Positions 38,105 through 51,180 are shown, numbered from the whole stretch's first letter. The stretch: DNA of 63,018 nt, filler included, from Octopus bimaculoides (GCF_001194135.2; 5 parts of 5 records of this genome joined end to end with filler, not necessarily neighbours in it), one strand, 5' to 3'. The notes: generated by a model from the letters alone, not told the origin. A program made the numbers and translations.

Positions 38105-39103
38105 TTTTTCTTTTTCTTTTTTCTCTTACTTGTTTCAGTCAATTGACAGCGGCCATGCTGGAGCACCGCCTTTAGTCGAGCAAATCGACCCCAGGACTTA
38201 TTCTTTGTAAGCCTAGTACTTATTCTATCGGTCTTTCTTTTGCCGAACCGCTAAATTACCGGGACGTAAACACACCAGTATCGGTTGTCAAGCGATGTTG
38301 GTGGCGGAGGGGACAAACACAGACACACAAACACACACACACACACACACACATACATACATATATCTATCTATCTATCTATCTATCTATNNNNNNNNNN
38401 NNNNNNNNNNNNNNNNNNNNNNNNNNNNNNNNNNNNNNNNNNNNNNNNNNNNNNNNNNNNNNNNNNNNNNNNNNNNNNNNNNNNNNNNNNNNNNNNNNNN
38501 NNNNNNNNNNNNNNNNNNNNNNNNNNNNNNNNNNNNNNNNNNNNNNNNNNNNNNNNNNNNNNNNNNNNNNNNNNNNNNNNNNNNNNNNNNNNNNNNNNNN
38601 NNNNNNNNNNNNNNNNNNNNNNNNNNNNNNNNNNNNNNNNNNNNNNNNNNNNNNNNNNNNNNNNNNNNNNNNNNNNNNNNNNNNNNNNNNNNNNNNNNNN
38701 NNNNNNNNNNNNNNNNNNNNNNNNNNNNNNNNNNNNNNNNNNNNNNNNNNNNNNNNNNNNNNNNNNNNNNNNNNNNNNNNNNNNNNNNNNNNNNNNNNNN
38801 NNNNNNNNNNNNNNNNNNNNNNNNNNNNNNNNNNNNNNNNNNNNNNNNNNNNNNNNNNNNNNNNNNNNNNNNNNNNNNNNNNNNNNNNNNNNNNNNNNNN
38901 NNNNNNNNNNNNNNNNNNTATATATATACACACATATATACGACAGGCTTCTTTCAGTTTCCGTCTACCAAATCCACTCACAAGGATTTGGTCGGCCCGA
39001 GGCTATAGTAGAAGACACTTTCCCAAGGTGCCACGCAGTGGGAATGAACTCGGAACCATGTGGTTGGTAGGCAAGCTACTTACCACACAGCCACTCCTAC
39101 GCC
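38105..39103 (-). mobile_element. Full-length SINE family A with an assembly gap inside its internal microsatellite
   Basis: Tail and body 38105-38320, (CA)n(TATC)n, N run 38391-38918, (TA)n, then 5' body and tRNA-like head 38940-39103. Confidence 0.85.
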
Positions 39104-40032
39104 TATGTAGAAAATTTCTGAGTCATTTGGTTGCGGGGAAGTTGTGTCGCTTTGCCCGCAGAAAATCGTCAGAACGGTTGAAGGTGATTTCATTGGTTCA
39201 GCAAGTGATGTATCATTTGTTTATCGTATGTTCGAGGATGTTTGTATATGAAGAGACTTAAATGCACTGTGGAATAGGTGAGATATTCTATGTTATACAT
39301 ATGTGTATATGCACAGTCTAAATGCACACATTCGTGTGGAAGCGAACCCATATATATATATACAGACAGATCTACAGGCAAAAAGAAACGGGCGCTCTCA
39401 CACATGGAGTCAATTTATATAGCTTTAAATGATTTATTGTAACAGGTTGGCAAAGATAGAGACTCACGTACATAAAAATTACACTCCCAAGTACAGATAA
39501 CACATACACGCATGCGCATACCAACACTTGCTGACAAGATATATGCGTATATAAATAATATAAGAGTATGTGTGCTGCATGAGGTGTATATACATGTATA
39601 TGTGAGCGCAGAGCAGATACGCATATATATGCATGTGTGTGCGTGTATGTGTGTGTATGTATGTGTGTATATATNNNNNNNNNNTATATATAAATATATA
39701 TATATATACCAACACACATATACATACACACACACACACAAGCATAAACATACATACATGCATACATATATGTATATATGTGCATTTAAATAAACACATA
39801 TATAGAGAGAGAGATGGGGAAGGGAGAGGGAGAAACAGAGTGATTTGAATACATACAGCTATATATATTTATGTATGTATGCATATATATGTGTGTGTCT
39901 CTGTAATTCTTTTTGTGTATGCAAATACGTAGGTATGTATGTATGTATGTATACATAGATACATACATACATACACACATGCGAACACAAAAATATATAG
40001 GTATGCTTCTACATATATATATGCATGCACAC

Positions 40033-40093
<61 letters not shown>

Positions 40094-40104
40094 CATATGT
40101 ACAC

Positions 40105-40182
<78 letters not shown>

Positions 40183-40257
40183 ATATACATATATATGTAC
40201 ACATGTATATGCAAATACGTGCATATATATGTTTAGATAGATAGATAGATAGATAGA

Positions 40258-40291
<34 letters not shown>

Positions 40292-40559
40292 CATACATGC
40301 ATACTGGTATATATGCATACGCACACATACACGGAAATAACTTATACGTACTTAAATCTACAGATACCGAATTCCGATATGTTCATGAATTGTAAATCCC
40401 CATGAACTCACACTCACACTCACACTCACACTCACACGCACACGCACACAGTCGTACAAATATTTGAATGTCTCGAGCCATTGATTGGTATGATTTGCTT
40501 GCGTTCATGACCGTACAAATATATATATTTATGCAGAAGCACAATGACACAGATAAAAT

Positions 40560-40615
<56 letters not shown>

Positions 40616-41097
40616 GAAGCACAATGACACAGATAAAATCACTCACACACACACATACACACACACACACACACAAACACATTTATATATACGTACATGC
40701 ACACACATGCACTGAAAGAGTGGTCTCACAGACACAAATTATTTAGTTCCCAGTTCTCGTCGGAGAGTTGATAGCAAACATGCAAGGTTTTGCAGCCAAA
40801 TCGGCCTCAAATACTAGCCTACAGTCTTCATCATAGTTAAATACATGTGATGAACTTAATACTGTATATGATATTCTAGAATAGAAGGCAGGTCAGGTTT
40901 TAACGATTAAAATGCTGGTTGTGAGCTCTGTTTTCGACACAAGAATATTTTATCTCAGTAAGTACGAACGCAATGAAGGAATGGATGAAAGCTACAGCAT
41001 CATGCGAGTAGACACTAACACTGATACAAAGCAATGCGCTTTACACAGTTTCCACCAAACGACACTGACGTATCATCAAAAAAGAAATACATGTTCA

Positions 41098-41245
41098 GCC
41101 GTGGCTGTTGGTTAGAAGTTTGCTTTCCAACCGCATGGTTCCAGGTCCGGCACCACTGCCTGACACCTAAGGCAATTGTCTTCAGCTATAGTCTTGGTCC
41201 CGTTAAAACTTTCAAAGTGTATTTGGTAGTCTGTCGTATATATTT
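41098..41245 (+). mobile_element. Degenerate SINE family A head
   Basis: gccgtggctgttggttagaagtttgctttccaaccgcatggttccagg...gtcttcagctatag is the reverse complement of the 38990-39103 type. Confidence 0.65.
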
Positions 41246-41249
41246 TCTT

Positions 41250-41490
41250 TCTTCTTTTACTAGTTTCAGCTCGAGGGCTGCGGCTATGCTGGAGCACCAC
41301 TGTTAGCTTTTCTACACTTTCATTGCTTGAAACCTCCTCTGATATGTGCCATTTGGTGAATGAGGGTGTTTGACATTGCTACCCTCACCTGCCGTGAGAC
41401 AGGTTCATCCGGAACTCTTGACAGGAGGAGATCCGGTTTTGTTTTGAAGATGCCTACATCCACATCATACAGGTCTCTCAGGCTTTTGGG
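41250..41490 (-). mobile_element. 3' end of a CR1/L2-group LINE
   Basis: KFPKSLRDLYDVDVGIFKTKPDLLLSRVPDEPVSRQVRVAMSNTLIHQ* is homologous to the end of the 58330 element. The 3' UTR ends ggtgctccagcatagccgcagc...gctgaaactagtaaaagaag. Confidence 0.8.
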
Positions 41491-42484
41491 GAACTTATAT
41501 ATATGTGTGTGTGTGTGTGTATCTTTTATACTTTTATTTTTTTCAGTCATTTGACTGCGGCCACGCTGGAGCACCACCTGTAGTCGAACAAATCAACCCC
41601 AGGACTTATTTTTTGTAAGCCTAGTACTTATTCTATCTGTGTCTTTTGCCGTATTATTATCTACTCATTAGGAATATACTTATCCGAAAAGTAGGCTTAG
41701 AATCATAGAATATATATAAATGGACTAAATATTTAAATAAATATATCAAGCTATTAATTTAAAGATAATTAATGTAATTTAAATTATAGTAGTACGAATT
41801 AATCGAATTTATTACTTGTAAATAACAGGTTAAGCTATCGATTGATCTTATGTTGTTGTTTATAACTAAATGAAGGGTTAAAAATGTATGAGATATGATA
41901 GATGGCAGTTACTAAAGTATCCGATAGGATATTTTTTTTTAATTATATAACTCCTTATATGGTATTTCAAGATGTACATATGCATGTTTTTTTGACTAGC
42001 AAATAGGAAAGAATCGAGGCCGATGTTTTCATTAGATATGCAAGGAGGGAGTAATGAGTAGATAATAATACGAATGAAAGGAACTGAATACTAACCTGTA
42101 AGCTTCAGTTTAGAATTTGATTTGGCGAGTGAACGGAATAGATTGGTTAGAAAACGAAATCAATATAATGATCACAAAGAAGAAAACTAATTTTGAATAT
42201 CAAAATATTTAATTATATCCACTGATGAGTTCCAAATGATGAGTTCCAAATGACTTAATATAATAATCTGTATTGCTTTTGTTGAAATACGTATTCTTCA
42301 ATTGTATATCTGAAATATAGTCTTTTGCGACAGAAACAGCTGTCTGGTTAAATTAAATAAATAATCCGTATTAGCATCAAAACCTGTTCCATTTATTTGA
42401 TGACGTTTATTGGAACCCTGTCTAATAAACTGATCCTTCCAATGATTTTTATTTATATATATTCATACCGAAATGAAAGGAATC

Positions 42485-42620
42485 CTTTCTTCTTCTTCTT
42501 CTTCTTCTTCTTCTTCTTCTTCTTCTTCTTCTTCTTCTTTTTCTTTTTTTCTTCTTCTTCTTCTTCTTCTTATTTTCTTCTTCTTCTTCTTCTTCTTCTT
42601 CTTCTTCTTCTTCTTCGCCG
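42485..42620. repeat. (CTT)n microsatellite
   Basis: Direct reading. Confidence 0.97.
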
Positions 42621-42949
42621 CTGCCGCCTTCTTCCTCGGATACTGCTGCTTAAACAATCAAGACCAAGAACTCATATCAAATATTCTTTTGGAACTGCTA
42701 CTACCTTCTACCTCATACCAAGCCTTCACAAGAGTAAAAGAGAGACAGACAGGAAGAAAAAAGGAAAATGTCCCTTGTAATTGAAAACTATGGAAATATT
42801 TTTAAAAAACATTTCATTTAATTTTTCCATAATTGTTTTTCATGCTTTACTCTAAGTTGAAAAAGTTACAAAGACTGAAACCGTCCTAAAATATTCTTCA
42901 TGATAAAATTATTTTAACATTTTCTACCTAGTCATATTTTCCTTATATA

Positions 42950-43465
42950 TATAGGGTGCAATGGATAAATCTCATCATTTTATATTTTTTATTTCGCGCA
43001 TGCGCATTCTTTGTTTTTGATTATGTCGACCACACAATATAAGTAGGTCAGTTCGACACCGTCTGTGAGAAAAATAGCACCATGACGCAATTCGATCTGT
43101 CAGAATTTGGAAACGACGTGCTGTACTGCTTGGCATTCGCGCCGGAAGCTCCAATACGAGCATTTCAGAATGTTTGAGTGTCAATCTGAGGACAGTGCAA
43201 TCTGAGGACATGTACCGAGAGTGATAGAAATGAAACATCCAGTTAACATCATGGTGTTTAGGGTGATCACTAGTGATGGCGACGTTATGCCTCCATTCAT
43301 CTTCCCACACGGCCTCAGACTCATCGCGGAGGCCTACATCAAGTTCCTGCAGGCGGTAGAGCTGCCCTGAGTCAAGAGAGTGGTCGCTGAAAAACCCTGT
43401 CTGGCAACAGTCATGGCTGTCAGACAATTTCTGTGATCACATCACCCCAAACATCTGACCACTTA
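42950..43465 (+). mobile_element. Internally deleted Tc1/mariner element, maT (DD37D)-like
   Basis: Starts TA-TAGGGTG. HTH-like WKRRAVLLGIRAGSSNTSISECLSVNLRTVQ is joined to KHPVNIMVFRVITSDGDVMPPFIFPHGLRL...WQQ...SWLSDNFCDHITPNI. The DD37D assignment is from motif resemblance; the spacing cannot be counted because that segment is deleted. Confidence 0.8.
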
Positions 43466-43625
43466 ACTCCCGGGCTTCTTTCGGTTTCCGTCAACCAAAT
43501 CCACTCACAAGGCTTCGGTCGGCCCGAGGCTGTAGTAGAAGACACTTGCCCAAAGTGCCACGCAGTGGAACTGAACCCGGAGCCATCCGGTTGAGAAGCA
43601 AGCTTCTCACCACACAACCACACCT
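43465..43625 (-). mobile_element. SINE family A 5' half, inserted at the break of the maT-like element
   Basis: ttccgtcaaccaaatccactcacaaggcttcggtcggcccgaggctgtagtagaagacacttgcccaaagtgccacgcagtggaactgaacccgg. Confidence 0.85.
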
Positions 43626-44214
43626 ATCCGATGTCTTTTAAAATAACTCCATCTATTGGCTAACAACCAACGTGAAACAACGTAACTTGATAACTGATGG
43701 TGGTGAAATATTAGGCTAATTATTTCTGCTGTGATATTAGAAGCCCTAAATATTTTCATATTTGTATTACTCATCAATTAGAAATAAGGTATTTAATAAC
43801 GCTATTTATGATATATAAAACTATTTAAACAGCACTATATANNNNNNNNNNNNNNNNNNNNNNNNNNNNNNNNNNNNNNNNNNNNNNNNNNNNNNNNNNN
43901 NNNNNNNNNNNNNNNNNNNNNNNNNNNNNNNNNNNNNNNNNNNNNNNNNNNNNNNNNNNNNNNNNNNNNNNNNNNNNNNNNNNNNNNNNNNNNNNNNNNN
44001 NNNNNNNNNNNNNNNNNNNNNNNNNNNNNNNNNNNNNNNNNNNNNNNNNNNNNNNNNNNNNNNNNNNNNNNNNNNNNNNNNNNNNNNNNNNNNNNNNNNN
44101 NNNNNNNNNNNNNNNNNNNNNNNNNNNNNNNNNNNNNNNNNNNNNNNNNNNNNNNNGGTAGAGGGTGAGGATATATTCACATCCAAACTAGAAGTTTTCT
44201 GCTGCCTATAGAAG

Positions 44215-44535
44215 CACTCCGTCGTTTACGACGACGAAGGTCCCAGCTGATCCAATCAACAGAACAGCTTGCTCGTGGAATTAACGTGCAAGTGGCTGAG
44301 CACTCCACAGACACGTGTACCCTTAATATAGTTCTCAAGGAGATCAACATGACACAGAGTGTGACAAGGCAGGTCCTTTGAAATACAGGTACCACTATTT
44401 TTGCCAGCTGAGTGAACTGGAGCAACGTGAAATTAAGTCTCTTGCTCAAGGACACAACGCGTCGCCGGGAATTGAGCTCATGACCTTACGATCGTGAGCC
44501 TAATACTCTAACCACTAAGCCACACGCATTCACTA
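44215..44535 (-). mobile_element. CORE-like SINE, module type 2, full length
   Basis: Reverse complement of 25383-25704 over its full length. Confidence 0.88.
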
Positions 44536-44769
44536 TGCAGCCTATATAACAATGACCAGCATATATTCCTATTGCAGCAACTGCATATTGCTCTGTATGC
44601 AGTTATGCATCCTAGTCACTGCAATTTCAAAGTGAAATAATTCAGACAAGCTTCATGCGTTTGTATTCAGTTGAATTCCAGTTTTGTAATCACCTCCACG
44701 GATATTGCAGTTGCAGGGTGAATTTAAAATATTTATTCAGATTTTGTGTGAGTGCATGTGAGTGCGTGC

Positions 44770-44833
<64 letters not shown>

Positions 44834-44929
44834 TGAATGAGCGAAAATAAGAATAAGAAAACACACACACACACACACTCACTCACACACACACTTACAC
44901 ACACACTTACACACACATATATATATGAC

Positions 44930-45270
44930 TGTGAAGGTGCAAGGCTCTGTGGTTAGAGTGTCGGGCTCACAATCATGAGGTATTCATGAGATATTCGATT
45001 TCCAGACTGGGGTGCGTAGTGTTCTTGAGCAAGATACTTTATTTCAAGTTGCTCCAGCTATAGAAATGAGTTTCGATATCACTGGTGCCAAAATGTATCG
45101 GCCTTTACCTTTCCTTTGCGTAACATCAGCCGTGTGGAGAGGAGGAGCTGGTATGCATGAGCGACTACTGGTCTTCCATAAACAATCTTGCCCTGAATTG
45201 TGCTTTGGAGGGTAACTTTCTAGGTGCAATCCCATGGTCATTCATGACCGAAGTGAAGTTTTACCCTATA
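44930..45270 (+). mobile_element. tRNA/CORE-like SINE, 3' module type 3
   Basis: Same head (ggctctgtggttagagtgtcgggctcacaatcatgagg) and CORE-like start (gtgttcttgagcaagatactttatttcaagttgctccag) followed by an unrelated 3' body. Confidence 0.7.
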
Positions 45271-46303
45271 TATTGATCCCATATGGGTTTAATCCTGGAG
45301 TTTTCTTTATAAAGCCCGCTTTATGTATCGGTTATGACAAGCTATTATACAACGAAAATGAATCACTTTGTTGATGATATATTTCAAAATCCCCAAATGT
45401 CTGTTGAGCACCTTGTTTTATTGCATAATTCTACAACTGTTTCATAGATACGTTACCAGAAGTTTATTACTGGGACATTATTATACAATATACGAAATAA
45501 TACATTGAATCAGTATTATTTCACTAATATTGATTCGATATATTATTCCACATCTTTTACAATAATATTCCAATACTAAACTTCTGGTAAAATGATGAGG
45601 AAGCAATTGTAGCAATTATGCAGTAAAACGTGTTGCTCACTCCATTTTCCTTGTTAATGATTGTGTGTGTATATACGTGTGTGTGCGTGTGCGTGTGTGT
45701 ACGCGCACGTGTTAAAAAGAAGTAACATTGTCCTACGCAGGACTGCCACCTTACGTTGGCATATAGATTCTACAATGAAGTATAGTTACTACTTAGATTT
45801 CATTCAGAGATTTAAAACTAGTTTTACTCATCACGAGATCAGTGACTGTGTGTCACTTCCATATTTATATACTCTGAGTAGGGTCGAGTAAGCTGCTGTC
45901 TCTCGCCAGCGGTTATCTAGCACTGAGGACGGACAATTACCCAGAAACTGGTCTGTTGGTACTGCTAGTGGCTAGGAGGGAGTAGTACGCTCCCTTGCTC
46001 ATAGTTTATTTTTATTTCAGACACAGAACATGAGGGTTAAAAGGCAGTAACATGGTCCTACGTGTGGACTGCCATCTTACGTTGGCAAATAGATTTTACT
46101 ATATATATATATATATATANNNNNNNNNNNNNNNNNNNNNNNNNNNNNNNNNNNNNNNNNNNNNNNNNNNNNNNNNNNNNNNNNNNNNNNNNNNNNNNNN
46201 NNNNNNNNNNNNNNNNNNNNNNNNNNNNNNNNNNNNNNNNNNNNNNNNNNNNNNNNNNNNNNNNNNNNNNNNNNNNNNNNNNNNNNNNNNNNNNNNNNNN
46301 NNN

Positions 46304-46382
<79 letters not shown>

Positions 46383-46982
46383 GACAGAGAGACAGAGAAA
46401 GAAAGATAGGTGGAAAGGAGAGAAAGAGATGGGGCTGTTTGGTATTTTGCAAAATAGTGCTTCGACTGGTACAAATATTCTCAGACATTTAATTGAAAAC
46501 TTCTTAAATGTAATCACATAAATAATTTAGTTTATTTTATCTTCATTTCATCTCCCATCATTGGAAATGTTCAAGATTTCTTGTACCTAAACATAAAATA
46601 AAGGAATAATTCTTTCATTTCTTCTAACCTTCAGAGAAATCTCTCAAAGATACTTGTTTGTGTTAAAAGACACAGAGCTTCGATCTGATCAATTCCGAGT
46701 CAGTGTTTCGATTTGATTTCGTCTCATCAGTGACGAATGCCTCAGAAGCAAAATACGCTTGTTCTCATATAGAAATCGGTAAATAAAACGTTTCTTAATT
46801 TAAGTGAAAGATACCCAAACAAGAATTAAATTAATATGCGCATTGCAAACGGCATTAGATTAATATACCGGTGTGTATAACGTTTATGATATATGTATTT
46901 GCACACACACACACGCATACAAACATATACATATACACGCATTTATATATATGTATATATATGTATGTATATGTGTATATAT

Positions 46983-47014
<32 letters not shown>

Positions 47015-47114
47015 NNNNNNNNNNNNNNNNNNNNNNNNNNNNNNNNNNNNNNNNNNNNTTAATTAATTAANNNNNNNNNNNNNNNNNNNNNNNNNNNNNN
47101 NNNNNNNNNNNNNN
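47015..47114. other. Artificial 100-bp assembly linker N44-TTAATTAATTAA-N44
   Basis: 44 N + 12-mer at 47059-47070 + 44 N. Confidence 0.95.
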
Positions 47115-48464
47115 TTCCTAAAATATTTTGTTAGTGGCTTAACAATATATATAGACCTTGTTAATAATAATATATTTTTTATTTCTCTTATTGTTACAGC
47201 ACGACGATATGTTGTTTATCGTGGATTGTGGATTATCGTAGATAACCCATCCCAAGGATTGGTTTATGGACGCACAATGAATTTTGGAAATTTATTTTAA
47301 GGAAGTAAAAAAAAAAACAAAGCACTGAGAAATATGGTCAATAAATTAAAGCAATGCTTCTATGTTCAGCTGTCTATGCCGACTCTGCCATTGAACCCCA
47401 CTTACTTGGATAAATACTTTTTCATTCTCTGGGATTCATTTTTCGATCACCGTCGCTTTTTAAAAAGTTATTAATTCTATTTTTAAAGAGGGCCTGGAGG
47501 AAGGGTCATAGCGCGTGGCGTTTTTCAGACTCTTCAAGACCAGTGAGATAGACCGAGATGATATTATTGCAGGATCAAGACGACCTGGGCTTCAGGACCA
47601 ACAACCCATAGACTTCTGTCCGTTTTTTTTTGTTTTGTTTTTTTCGCTCGTTGAGGTGGGAAGACTTTACCCATCCACGGCCATTCAGGGAACCTTTGAA
47701 ACAGGTGGAAGGGAGAAAGGGGAGGGGAGGCAGAAGGAAGGTAGTGTTCTCTGACTGGAGGCTTGTGACACAATAAACCCGCTAAATGTAACCAAGCTTT
47801 TGGAGATAGTTTTGAAAAAAGTGACGGATTAAGTCTATCCACGAAGTAGACAGCGGGAAAATTTGAACTTAGAATGCAAAGGAGAACAAATACCGCAAGA
47901 CATCCGGTCCAACCTTCCTATTCTTCTGCCAACAGACCACACTGGAAGGGAACTTTCGTAAATCTATCCCGAAAAGGCAGCATTCGAACTCGGGACAATT
48001 ACCGGGGACATACTATTCGACATTCCAATAACCACACCCTGTTTTAGTCAGGAGAGAAGGCCATGTCCAAACAAGACCGTTTACAGATCCCCCGAGATGA
48101 GTGGGAGTAAAAGAGGGGAGAGAGGAAGATATCCTCAAATCTGAAACCTGGCTTGATCGCCCGAAACTAGGTAAACTTCCCTAAAGACACAAGATACCGG
48201 ATAATGGAGTAAGGCTGACCATCCAAGTAGACCACGGCGAGATTGAATATAGAACGTAAGAGCAGGACACAGAATACCGTGAGGCATCTTATCTGACTCT
48301 CTAACAGTTCCGGCAATGCCCCACCACCACCACGTTGAATTCGTACTTTTTAATCGACCACGAAAAAATGTCTTCATAAGCCTTAATAATGCGATTATGA
48401 AAACTTTGACCGTCTCAAAATCTCTCACCCATTCTCTTTCTACTAATTCCTTGATCTCAAAAGA

Positions 48465-49192
48465 TGTGTAAAAGATGCACATTTTCCAACAAAGATTGTG
48501 TGGAGTGATGAGGCCACATTCAAATTAAATGGTTCAATTAACTGCCACAATTGCACCTACTAGGGACCTGAAAATCCGCATGTTATGGTGGAACACCATG
48601 TTAATTGACCAGGCGTTACATTGTGGTATGGCTTATCATCAAGAGGATTAATTGGACCATTCTCTTTTGACGCTACGGTGACTGGTCCCGCTTATTTGGA
48701 CTTGCTGCAACAGTCTGCCATGCCAAGCATTAGAGAAGACTTTGGAGATGAAGAATTTTCAGCAAGATGGAGCATCCCCACAGTACCATCGCTATGTTAG
48801 AGCCTTCCTTGATGAGATCCTGCCAAATAGGTGGATTGGACGAAGGGGTTTCGTTGAATACCCTCCGCATTCACCAGACGTCACACCACTAGACTTTTTT
48901 AAAAGACAAAGTCTACGCTATGAAACCTGCAACAGTCGCTGATTGGAGAGCAGCCATTGAACGAGAATGCACACAAATACCAAACGAATTGTTTCGTGAT
49001 GTTTGCGATTCCATTGCTTTGCGTAGTCAGCGGTGCCTGGAGCAGAACGGACGTCAGTTTGAAAAGAGGCGTTGACAAAACAATAAAATAATGTCTGTAG
49101 ATTCTATTAAATTTTGAAAACGAAATGTATTTTAATAAACACCTACTTTACAATTATCTAAAGTGTGTATACATTTTTGGGGGCACCCTGTA
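48465..49192 (+). mobile_element. 5'-truncated Tc1/mariner transposon, rosa (DD41D) family, with right TIR
   Basis: [18 protein letters not shown]...[15 protein letters not shown] and [45 protein letters not shown]; 41 residues counted between the second and third D. C-terminus NGRQFE; ends gggcaccctg-TA. Stops and frameshifts present. Confidence 0.92.
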
Positions 49193-49253
49193 TGTATGTT
49201 TTTGCTGGTCATCCCTCTTATTTTTGTATGTAATATAATTTTAATCTTCGGAT

Positions 49254-49829
49254 TTTTTTTTAATATGCTAGACCACTGGTTCAAATTGATTAATATCCAT
49301 TTCTACCCTCATAAATAAATTTTTATACAATAATGTTTCTCAAACCGGTAAATTTGCTGCAAAAATTTATTAACTGCAGAATTATTTCCGGACTTAGCGC
49401 GCCAGATTGAAGACATTTAAAAGGATACACTGAATGTAATTTGTAGAACTCTACACGTGCTCCCTTTCGGTTGGACGTCCTGTGTCTAGTTCTGGAAATT
49501 ACATCGCAAATCGACAGACTACGCTGACGATCCTGCAAATATTTACTTATGTNNNNNNNNNNNNNNNNNNNNNNNNNNNNNNNNNNNNNNNNNNNNNNNN
49601 NNNNNNNNNNNNNNNNNNNNNNNNNNNNNNNNNNNNNNNNNNNNNNNNNNNNNNNNNNNNNNNNNNNNNNNNNNNNNNNNNNNNNNNNNNNNNNNNNNNN
49701 NNNNNNNNNNNNNNNNNNNNNNNNNNNNNNNNNNNNNNNNNNNNNNNNNNNNNNNNNNNNNNNNNNNNNTTTTTTTAATATGCTAGACCACTGGTTCAAA
49801 TTGATTAATATCCATTTCTACCCTCATAA

Positions 49830-49835
<6 letters not shown>
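49254..49835. repeat. Identical ~66-bp direct duplication (49254-49320 and 49770-49835); the second copy abuts a gap
   Basis: ttttttaatatgctagaccactggttcaaattgattaatatccatttctaccctcataaataaat occurs twice. Confidence 0.88.
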
Positions 49836-49867
<32 letters not shown>

Positions 49868-50169
49868 GCATTGAATAATTCCGAGTTAATAGAAGATTCT
49901 TGGTTACATACTTGCTGTGATATTAAGCAAACTGAAACTTCAACCAAATTCAATAATAAAAAACAACAAAAACTCTTTAGTTAAGGTTGACAAAGGGAAA
50001 TAACTCTTCATTATCCTCACAAAAGAAAGTGGAGAAAATATTTTCGTAAAGTAAATGGATGGAGGTTAAATATAATATATGGCATGCTATAGAAAGATTT
50101 AACCTTTCGTTACAAGTCATTCCAAATTTTTTCTATACTCGCTCGCTTTGGCGATGAAGTTGTTTTCCT

Positions 50170-50920
50170 TGCACACGTTTTTATGACGATGTTGTGTCAT
50201 TGGGGTATAGAGTCAGGTCTTCAAACAGCAAAGTGTGCAGAACATTCTCTCACTTGATGCAACAGACACAGGCTCGCAACATGGTAACATTTTCATCACA
50301 AAGAATGGTCCATAACGTTTTCAGAAGAATTTTGCATTGGTGAGCAAAGTTCAATGCCTCAGTGGCCATGGCAACCATAGATCCAACTTTCTAGGAGACA
50401 AGGTTCAGAGAGTGGTTTCCGCAGTCTACAAAATATGTACCAGGAAACATGTATTTTAATTTCTTTTGTAAGCCTGAAATGTTTCCCCCCTCATGGTACA
50501 GGCACCATCAAAAGCAAAGGTAGCATAGTTTTGAGCCCAGCTCTATGTTTGGGCAACAAGAAACATCCAGGATAACCTTAGTCAGTGTCTCCGAAGTGTG
50601 GTCAGGAGAAAATCTAAATGGACAACCTGGTTTTCACAAACATAATGACAATAATTGATTCTTGTTCCATGCCAGAGCAATCACATAAATTAAAAACCAA
50701 TAAACATGGAATCTTCAACCTTTTTTCTGATCTCATTTAGGGAGTTATGACCAGATGCCTCTAGGACTTTATTTTGCATGATACCAGATAGGAAATTAAT
50801 TCATTATTTAAGCTGCTGACTTACTTCTGCACCATTTTCTTCAGCAAGTTCTTTTATGAGATTTACAAAGTTTCCGTTACATGTGTTAACTTTCTCTTCA
50901 AAGATGGAACTATTAATTTC
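50170..50920 (-). mobile_element. Decayed hAT transposase (ZMYM1-like/Tip100-type), internally deleted
   Basis: Minus-strand motifs GNFVNLIKELA, LSGIMQN, SGMEQESII..YV, FDGACTMRG, GLQ, VDCGNHSLNLV, then directly the dimerisation-domain motif VASSERMF.TL..LKT.L...M. Confidence 0.82.
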
Positions 50921-51059
50921 TGTTATCTTTTACTAAGGATATTCCTTAAACTTTCAACAATGAAACTGCAAACTTCACACTTGACCCAACTGACCATTCA
51001 GAATATGATTGCTAGGGTGAAAGGGGGGGGTGCACCTGCATCCAGTTAGTACTTATTGT

Positions 51060-51180
51060 AGATGAGGGCAACATGAAACGAAGCGCTTTGTTCAAGAATA
51101 CAATACAAAGTATGGTCCAGGAATCGAAACCACGATCTTATGATTGTGAACTGAACATTCTAACCACAAAGCCAGGCAAC
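51060..51180 (-). mobile_element. CORE-like SINE head fragment
   Basis: gctttgttcaagaatacaa...ccaggaatcgaaaccacgatcttatgattgtga...ctaaccac is the reverse complement of the 790 head. Confidence 0.7.

Noticed and set aside
40532-40642. 31-bp direct repeat tgcagaagcacaatgacacagataaaatcac
   Set aside because: A simple local duplication between microsatellites; nothing suggests function.
47199-47300. Acceptor followed by RRYVVYRGLWIIVDNPSQG frame
   Set aside because: No good donor, no recognisable homology, and it sits beside a linker.
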